64,000 nucleotides of DNA from contig NC_087437.1 of NCBI RefSeq assembly GCF_036321535.1, forward strand, positions 110,238,001 to 110,302,000, in the 5' to 3' direction. The translations under genes and the position numbers were made by a program. Positions within the stretch are counted from its first letter, which is position 1. Every line of letters begins with the position of its first letter. Origin of the DNA: Camelus dromedarius. Taxonomy: Eukaryota. The notes below the pieces were generated by a model. It searched no databases, was not told the DNA's origin, and worked only from the letters and a program-made list of their open reading frames with translations. Shown here piece by piece: positions 55,336 through 64,000 of this stretch.

Positions 55336-55444
55336 ATGTTTAAAGTAGACAAATTTTCTACAAACAATTGTCCAACAGAAAGTTCTCTCTTAAACCTTAT
55401 CTGGAATAGGGATGCATTGAGTTTCAGAAGGATCCACTGTTACC

Positions 55445-55637
55445 TGAGGATTACCAGGTGAAATGCAGGGACACCGAATTTGAATTTCAGATAGCGGGGA
55501 ATAACATTTGTAGTATAAGTGTGTCCCATGCAGTATTGGGGACATACTTATATTAAAATGCCACTCACTGTTTACCTAAAATTGAAATTTAGCTGGGTGT
55601 CCTCCTGTGTTTCTCTTTGCTAAATCTGGTAACCCCA
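55445..55637. mobile_element. MER53 palindromic hAT MITE
   Basis: ttaccag..aaatgcagggacacc..tttgaatttcagata..tagtataagtgtgtccca..tggggacatacttata..gctaaatctggtaaccc. Confidence 0.85.
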
Positions 55638-56692
55638 TATATGAGTATATAAAGATGAGACATCATTAGTATAGACAGTCACATTCTTCATGTACGTAAG
55701 CCATGCCGAATGGTGGCGCAACGTGCCCTGAAGGAACTAGAACTAAACCTCCAGTTACTATTATTTATTGCTAATGATAATAAAGCCCAGTTTTTAGATT
55801 TTATACATTTCATTCTGAGTGATCCACTGAAAGGAAATGATCGCATTAGTGACTCCTCGGCATCGCCCTGGGGTCTTTGTAGTGAGACAAGCACTCTCAG
55901 GCCACCTGTTAGACTGAAACCACAGGCTCACGACATTTGTTTGTATTCTGAAGTTACGGGTTGTGAAGCATTTACAAACCAGTTTACAAAGCATCATGCT
56001 AGGGCGTCATTTTGGCCATTTCATAAGGGCCATATTTGGATTACTACTTTGTATTCTGGTCCAAATAAAACACTTCAATGTCTAATGATAGCATGCCATG
56101 CCTTTAAAAACATCTAGTTTAGGACAATGGCAAATATGAACATGAAATTACATGTGTTTTTAAAAGTTAAGTCATTGGTTGTATTACCTGCCTATGTTCC
56201 GACAAACACATGAGAGAATAACATATTCACCGCTCTAGCTCTATATGACCCTATGATTTTAAAATAAAGGAAAATTAATAAAAAACTATTATTTCAGAAA
56301 ACTTAAGTCAGAAAAGAAATATATGTACACATATACACAGTTTTTAAAAAGACTAGAAGCAAACAATAAAATTACAGTAGTAATTTTCTCTGATTAATGT
56401 AATTATGGTTTATTTTAATTTCTTTAAATTTTATTGTTTATAAATATAAAACTGTGATAAAATATTACCTTCATAGTCAAAAAAATAAATGATATTAAAA
56501 TTTTTTTTCTAAGGTTTTCTTTAAGTCTAATGACAGGCATATTAATGCAAGTGATAAACTTGTTTTATATATTCTAATTATTAGCATTTTCCTGCTACTT
56601 CTTCACTTTCTGGTCAGGAAAATATTATCAATTGATAAATTAAATAAAAGGAAAAAATATTGTAAGAATATGCAGCCCTTTCTGCTGGGTTG

Positions 56693-57135
56693 CTGTGCTA
56701 GTTTTCCATAACAAAGGGCAGCCATAACAAAGTACCAAAACCAGGCGGCTTAAATAGCAGAAACAGATTATCTTACAGTTCTGGAGGCTTGAAGTTCAAT
56801 GTCAAGATGTTGGCAGGATTGCTTCCTTCTAAGGGCTGTGATGGATTGGTTCCTTCCAGGCCTCTCTCCCAGCTCCTGGTAGCCTCTAAATGTTTCTTGG
56901 CTTGAAAATTATGTTTCCCAGTGTTCTTCACATCGTCTTCCCTCTGTAAGTGTCTGTGTCTAAATATTACCTTTCTATAAGAACACAGTTTATACTGAAT
57001 GAGAGCCCACCCTCATGACCTCACCTTAGCCTGATGATCTACAAAAACTCTATTTCCAAATAAGACCATGTTCCCAGGTACCAGGGGTTAGGACTTCAGC
57101 ATGTTGTAGGGAGGACACAGTTCAACTCATAACAC
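56693..57135 (-). mobile_element. MLT1 (B/C-like) solo LTR
   Basis: gccataacaaagtacc...acagttctggaggc...ctctatttccaaataag...ttcaactcataaca. Confidence 0.85.
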
Positions 57136-57614
57136 TTACATAATCAGTCGTGTTTCTAAAAGCAGTCATTTTTCTGTTAAGAGTGAAAAACAAGCCAAAA
57201 CTTAGTTACAACAGACGAAGGATCGGTCTTATTTGCCACATGCTGGGGAGGGTGTAGTTAGTCTTTGTAGTGTCTTAAGAATTGCTATTTTTTTTTTCTC
57301 TATCTATCTTCAAATGTCAAAGTCCCAATTCTCAGAATTTTCTGAATGAAGCACTGTGGTGGAGAGTTTGACATCATCAGGGATTCCACAAAAACTCAGT
57401 TATGTATGTAGTATGGCTTCCAAATGACGAATGATCCCCGTGATCCAAGGAAGAAAGAAGTGTTGGAGAGTGGTGAAGGGATAGCTCCTTTCTGGAAGAT
57501 TCTGTTCATTGATCACAACAGCTCACTTAAGACTGAAGAAACACAGTTGTTGAGAAACCTCATTCTGGGTTTTATTTCACCATCTAACTACTAAAGTTTT
57601 ACCTAATTGGAATC

Positions 57615-58255
57615 TCTGTACACTGTTGGTGGGCACCTCTGCTATGGAGAACAGGGTGGAGGTTTTTCAAAAAATTAAAAATAGAACTACCACATGATCC
57701 AGCAATCTCAGTACTGGATATTTACCCAAATGAATTGAAATTAGTATCTGGAAGAGATATCTGCATTCCCATATTCATAGCAGCGTTATTCACAATAACC
57801 AAGGTGTGGAACAACCTGAGTGTCCATCAGTGGATGAATGGATAAAGAAATGTGGTATATGCATACAATGGAATATTATTCAGCCTTAAAAAAAGAAGGA
57901 AATCCTGACCTTTGTGATAACAACATGGATGAACCTGGAGAACATTATGCTAAGTGAAATAAGCCAGTCACAGAAAAAACAATGCATAATTCCACTTATA
58001 TGAAATATCTAAAATAGTCAAAATCATAGAAACAGAAAGCAGATTGGTGGTAGCTGGGGGCTTGGAGGAGGGGAAATGGGGAGTTGCTGTTCAACAGATA
58101 TAAAGTTTTGGGATTGCAAAATAGGTAAATTCTAGAGATCTTCTGTACAACACTGTGCCTATATTTAATGGTACTGTGTTGTGCACTTAAAATTTGAAGA
58201 GGTTGTGTCTCAGGCTAAGTGTTCTCACCACAATAATAATGTAAAATAAAATCTA
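57615..58255 (+). mobile_element. L1 3' end (L1MA-like)
   Basis: tacactgttggtggg...aaaaatagaactaccacatgatccagcaat...aacatggatgaacctggagaacattatgctaagtgaaataagccag...gttctcaccacaat. Confidence 0.9.
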
Positions 58256-61200
58256 ATACTACTAGAAAAAAATAAACATAAAAACAACCAAGAAAACCTT
58301 GACCTTAAGAGGCTTTTCCATAGTCAGCTGTAGTGGTCCTCCTTTCTCCCATCTGGCTAAAAACTGATGGTCAACTTTGTGCATGCTGCTTGAATCATAG
58401 CCATGCCACAGTTTGAAGCATCTTTCCCTGTTGGTCCCATGTTTTGGGGGATATTGAGTCCACAAGTATATACAGGCACCAGAATAGAGACAAGAAGACC
58501 ACACCACAGGTTTTGTTTACAGGTGAATCATAGACACACAGTCAGGATGGATGGTGGAGATAGGGTGTAGCTGAGCTCTTACTCTGGATGTGTTATATTC
58601 CATGCAAATACGGCAAATCTGAAACTGACTCTAAATTCCATTTCAGAAAAATGAATTCCTTGCTTATAGTTGTATTCACAGTACATGATTTTACCAGTAG
58701 TAAAAATCAACATATTGTCGTGACAAAGTAAAAAAGTGACAGGTGCACCTCCAGCAAAGCATAGACTCCTTTTCTCCTGCTCTTGCCATAGATCAACATT
58801 TCCCAGAGAGAGTGGACCAAGGCCTGTAGTGTCATACAACTTCTCTTTAAAGGTTTGTGGTTTTAAAACTACAAGCTATAAACTGCTGCTTATTGACAAC
58901 AGCAGGAAAATTCGCAGGCAGCTCTGCATTTGTTAAGTAATCCAGATCTCATCTTCTCATTTTTCATTAATCAAAAAGATACTGGGGCCAATCAGAACTT
59001 TGTGTCAGCATAAGATAAAATATTAGTGCCATACATTGATTTAGTTCTAGTCAAAAGAAAAGAAACATTTTTTAAGTACCCTTTAACATGATCACACAAG
59101 AATATGTATAATTTCTTAAAGATTTTATATGTTAGGAATAATTCCTGGATCCCGTTACTAACATAGTAGAACCATAAAAATTAAGGAACATCGGGTTAGA
59201 TATCATTGATTAGCCAAAAGTCTTATTTTTAAAATCAATACAAAATAATCATAAATATCACTATTTTAAACATATGTTCTGACATTCAAAAGGTTTTCTA
59301 AATTCAGACCTAAAGAGATATAATTTAATTCCAAGGTAAATGACAGTTTTTACCCGTGTGAGCAGTCATCTGTTTCTGTACATTTTTATTCCATGCAGAG
59401 TAATCTTCTGTCTGTTTGACTTTATGCCACTGAACTTTTCAGCTCTTTTTATTGGTTTAGCATCATTCTTCTAGGTAAGTGTCCCCTCTGCTCGTTCAGC
59501 TCTGTTCCTTCTTCCTGAAAGCACATCTTGCCTAATTCTTCAAATTCTTTCTCCGTGTTGTTGGAGAAAGAATTTCTACCACAAGCTGGCCAAACACTAT
59601 TCTTTTATGATCTCTAAAGTACTCTTTTGTTTCTACCCCACACATCCATATTCTTTGTGAAAATGAATTACTCATGCTCCCTTTCCTCATAAAGTCATAG
59701 ATTTCAAGCTGATATGTGATAAGCAATATTTACCTGTGATTTTAACTGAATAATTTTATATTTATACATAGCATACCCATATTATTTGGTCCCTGATCAT
59801 TCTGGTGTTACTTAAATTAATGTATTGGTCATACATAAATAAATCTCTTCTGCTTTTTATAGTGAAGCACAGTATATAAAGTGACTGCTATATAAGCAGT
59901 TATTAAAATGTTTATATTTTCAGTTCTAAGACATTGATTCTGTATGTGTGGGTAAGTGAGAGGTTCTATTTCTACTTAATTGTGCAGTTCAACAAAATAG
60001 AAATCATAATGAAAATATTGAAGTGTGACTGTTAGCCATTATTATAAATCTATTAAAATTATCAAAGTGAAATAAGAATGAAATTTGGAGAAACACACGA
60101 GTACAACTAGGTCACATACTTAATGTCTTCCATTGTTATGAATCTCTGTTTACTCTCACCCTGATCTTTCCAGACCTTGGTAACGCAGAACATACACCTA
60201 CTTGGACCTAGTAAGGGCTATTACGTTGAGTGCCACAGCAGTATTCTGATTCTTCTCTCTGAGTCCTCCCAGAAACTTCAGAAAAAATGCAGCCAATAAG
60301 CCAAGAGCTAGAGTTTCCTTCATCTTTTGCTCCACTGGAAAAAAACAGAATTAAAAGTCAGTCATGAAGCGTTTTCACGTATATAATTTTATCCAGTTAA
60401 TAACTTTATTAACTTTATTCTGTGTCCTTGGAAACTAAACTTAATTTTTTTCCCTTAAGTTGTATTGTCAGTGAGCCAGCTCAAACAAAGATAAGTAACT
60501 TTTTTTTCCAAAAGACTGTGGAAGACTAAAGCAAGGGGTTCCAGGAAGCAAGTAAATATAACAAGCTGTCAAGTTTCTGCTCATTTGGTGATCAAGCTCA
60601 GAAGTGAGAGGAATATTATGCTTATAAAACGACTTTGTCAGCTTCACCCACTAGTTTGGGTAAAGACATTGACTTCAACAGCCAGACCTTATCCAAGTCC
60701 AAACATATATGAATAAATTGTGCAGAAACTTAATCGACATTGATACACATATAGCCTGATGTATATAACATGCTCCTGAACAGTGGCCAAATGTCAAATA
60801 AAAACGTTTAGATAAGTTGGTCTATAAATTGCAAATGCGGAGTCGTTGCTACAAGGTTGTTGAGATAATCGAGTTGTGGGTCATATGTCTCCAGGGAACT
60901 CAAACATAAAAGTCTGGATTTTTTAAAAATGGGCCAAAATGGAAACACATATATGTTAAATGCATGCTCCGCAGTATAAGGTAAACGTCCATTCATAGTA
61001 ACTCAGGGTTTTCCCAGAGAGACTCTGGGAGAATCTAAATTGTTAGAAAAAGTTCTGAAAAGTTCATATATATATGTCACAATATTACTTTACTATGTTA
61101 GCAAAAGCTCCTCACAAAATTCTCTTTGGCAAACTTTTCATTCTCCTTCTCCCTCTTTCTTGCAATTGAATCACTGTAGCAGAAATATAACTAGGAGTCT

Positions 61201-61696
61201 CATGAGACTTCAAATCTTAGAAGGAAATCTTCTAGAATTTTCATTGGAAAAATGATACTTGGTTCAAAACTAATTAGAACTATATAAAGAATGTACTTGG
61301 CAAAATGTAGTAGAAATTAATCTAAGGACTATGGGCACATAATACATGTAATACCTTGGTTTGCAAATGAAAAATACTAACATTAAATGAAAATAAACTC
61401 ACATTAAAAATATATATCATAAAAATAAACAGGGCAGTTGGAAAACTTATTTTCCTCCATTTATAAAATTTTCAAAATTAAAATAATCATAAAATTAAAG
61501 GATGAAATATTTATGTTTAGAAAATAATTATGAAATTATTCTATTCAATCTGTGATATAAATAATCTAAAGGTTAAGATCAGTTCATCTCAGGTTCAAAT
61601 TCCTCAACTCTGATTCTGAAGGTTTTTGATTTTATGTAATAAGTAGGCCCTTGAATATTAAAATAATTTTTCCACAGGAAAATGCAATTTAAATCA

Positions 61697-62060
61697 TGTC
61701 TTAGCTCAGGCTGGTGTAACTAATTGTCATAGACTGAGTGACGTGTAAACAACAGAAATTTACTTCTCACGGTCCTGGAGGCTGCAGTCTGAGATCATGG
61801 CACCAGCATGGTCAGGTTCTAGTAAGGACTCTCTTCCCAGTTGCAGACTACTGACTCCTCATTCCGACCTCACATGCAGGAAAGAGGGTGAGAGAGCTCC
61901 CTGGGGTCTCTTTTTTCATAAGGACACTAATCCCATTCATGAGGGCTCCATCCTCATGACCTAATTACCTCCCAAAAGGCCCACATCCTAATACCATCTC
62001 ATTGGAGGTTAGGATTTTAACATATGAATTTGGGGGAACATACATATTCAGTCCATTGCA
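61697..62060 (-). mobile_element. MLT1A-type solo LTR
   Basis: tgtcttagctcaggctg...cactaatcccattcatgagggctc...attcagtccattgca; TSD aatca / aatga. Confidence 0.9.
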
Positions 62061-62868
62061 AATGAATATAGAGCAACAGTGACAGAAACCTCCTGAAGCA
62101 AAATCCTGGGTTGTGGGTCACTTACAGTGTGGCAAATATGTAAATGAAGTCCATCACTAGCGTGGAGGAAAGCACTTCATATAAGAATTCTGTCAATTTT
62201 ATTATTATATTTTTAGTCAAGGAGCATTTCAGGAGAGGTCAACATTTGAGTGTGAAGCTAGGCATCACCTAACTGAAGATTGCTACAATGGCATAAAAGC
62301 CATCTCCTTGTTCTTGCATGTTTCTGATGATTATAGAAAAGCCAACTTTGCAATATAGGCTGCGCCTCTGGAAAAAAACAACTTTTATTGATGCTTTACT
62401 GAGAGATAGAGAAATATATATATATAAAACCTCCAAATATGTCTTGCTTAGTACATATGAAGTCTTTGAATTAAAAAAAAACAACCCTTTAAACTCTTTT
62501 TCCACTTTATAACAGCTATGGAGAGAAACCAATGAAAGCTAAATTGAGCCTCTGTTCCTCCTTATTCTCAAAAACCACACCTTCTGGTCCAATGCCACCT
62601 GCATCCTTGTGACAGGATGGTGAAGATTGGGGTAAACAGATGTGATCTTGTCACCAGAGCTGTTTTCACCTCTGACAAGGTGGCAATTGTGGCCATAAGC
62701 AAACATTTCATTGACCCCAACGAGTATGATTCAGCCAATGCAAGTTCAGTGTACCACCAAGACTGAGAACACAAAACTTTTAGTGACTGAGAAACCTAGC
62801 TCCATTTTCTAGATTTCACATCAAACAGGGTAGTGATGGTGCTGAATATGTTGCAGAGTCCATGTGTC

Positions 62869-63021
62869 TTTTTTTTAAGTTCTGTTGAAATATAATTGAA
62901 ATACAAAGAACTGCACATATTTAATGTGTACAACTTGATGAGTTTGGACAAATGCCAACACCCATGGTACCATCCCCGCAATCAAGGCAATAGGCAGATG
63001 CAACACTTCCCAAACTTTCCT
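62869..63021 (-). mobile_element. L1 3' tail (L1MB-like) inserted in the GAPDH pseudogene
   Basis: T-run followed by ttgaaatataattgaaatacaaagaactgcacatatttaatgtgtacaacttgatgagtttggaca. Confidence 0.85.
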
Positions 63022-63473
63022 TGTCATGATCATCTTAGAAAATGCTGGGGTTAGCTTTAAGAGTGAAGCCAAAAGCTCATGTTCTCTCCCACCTCTGCCG
63101 ATGCCTCTGTTTTAGGGATGAGACTAAATCATGAGAATTGACAGCTCCCTCAAGATGGTCACCGAAACCTTGTACTGCACCAGGTACTTAACTCCTCCAG
63201 CCAAGATCATCCATGATGACTTTGGCATTTGAAGGAACTAACCAGGCTCTAGTGATCACAGCCCATCACATTACCACTGCCCGGAAGACCAAAGATAGTC
63301 CTCTGGCATTGGCACTGTGACCGCGATGCTTCCCAGAGTGTTGTCCCTGCACCCCTGGCACAGTCCATGCTGTGGGCAAAATTATCCAGAGCTGCCTCTG
63401 AAGCTGGCTGGTGTGGTCTTCTAGGTCCCCACATCCAACCTGTTTATATTAGATTTGACCTGAAGAAGGCTAC

Positions 63474-63971
63474 TGTATAATTTTCCAGGGGCTGCCATAA
63501 CAGATTACCACAAACTGGCTGACTGAAGACAACAGAAATGTATTCTCTCACAGATCAAGGGACCAGAAGTCTAAAATCAAGATGTCAGCAGGATTAGTTG
63601 CTTCCTGGGGGCTCGGACGGAGAATTGCTCCATGCCTCTCTCTTAGCTTCTGAGAGTTGCCAGCAATCTTTGACAATCCTTGGTTGATAGACACATCTTT
63701 TTATTCTCTGCCTCTGTCTTCACAGAGACATAAAATATAAAGGTGTTCTCTCTGTGTGCCTCTTACCATCTTCCCTCTGTGTGCTTCCCTGTCCAAATTT
63801 TCCTCTTCTTTCTTGTAAGGACACCAGTAACTGGATTAACTGGGGCCCACCCCAATCCATATTACCTCATCTTAACTTGATTAAATCTGCAAACACATTT
63901 TCAAGTAACGTCACATTCTGAGGTTCTGGGTGGACATGAATTTAGAGGGAGATTCTATTTAGCCCAGTAGA
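63474..63971 (-). mobile_element. MLT1 (C/D-like) solo LTR inserted in the GAPDH pseudogene
   Basis: tgtataattttccaggggctgccataac...gtcacattctgaggttctggg...; degenerate TSD gctac / attac; GAPDH sequence resumes immediately after. Confidence 0.88.
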
Positions 63972-64000
63972 ATTACCAAATATGATGACATTAAGAAGGT

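Larger units (their letters stand above)
62541..64000 (+). pseudogene. GAPDH: Processed GAPDH pseudogene (5'UTR plus about three quarters of the CDS; continues past the window edge)
   Basis: The 5'UTR-like start is aaattgagcc...gcatccttgtgacagg, then ATG GTG AAG ATT GGG GTA AAC at 62617. Downstream colinear, intronless matches are gtcaccagagctg, ttcattgacc, gtatgattc, ggtgctgaatatgttgcagagtcca, tctgccgatgcc, gccaagatcatccatgatgactttggcatt, gctgtgggcaaaattatcc, gtccccacatccaac and the final aaatatgatgacattaagaaggt (KYDDIKK). Many indels. Confidence 0.93.

Noticed and set aside
55710..56117. Longest ORF in the window (135 aa)
   Set aside because: No recognisable homology, splice context or promoter; cannot be supported without a search

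Overview
AT-rich, CpG-poor eutherian DNA, probably camelid: it carries a tRNA-derived Vic-type SINE at ~16.4 kb and young L1 3' tails of camelid type. I found no intact protein-coding gene, and every ORF in the supplied track is spurious or off-frame. The window looks like a decayed stretch of the high-glycine/tyrosine keratin-associated protein (HGT-KAP) cluster. It has six recognisable single-exon KRTAP pseudogenes: four on + (KRTAP20/19/6-like) and two on - (KRTAP21-like), one of them split by an MLT1 LTR. Two fainter candidates are also present. An old processed GAPDH pseudogene, interrupted by an L1 fragment and an MLT1 LTR, runs off the right edge. The rest is interspersed repeat: L1 (one with a twin-priming inversion), L2, MIR, MaLR and ERVL elements, MER5 and MER53, and two related ERV solo LTRs in opposite orientation with unusual 3' ends. 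All family assignments come from recall of consensus sequences, not from database searches. I see no evidence for a new biological system. The findings concern gene decay and retroelement mechanics.
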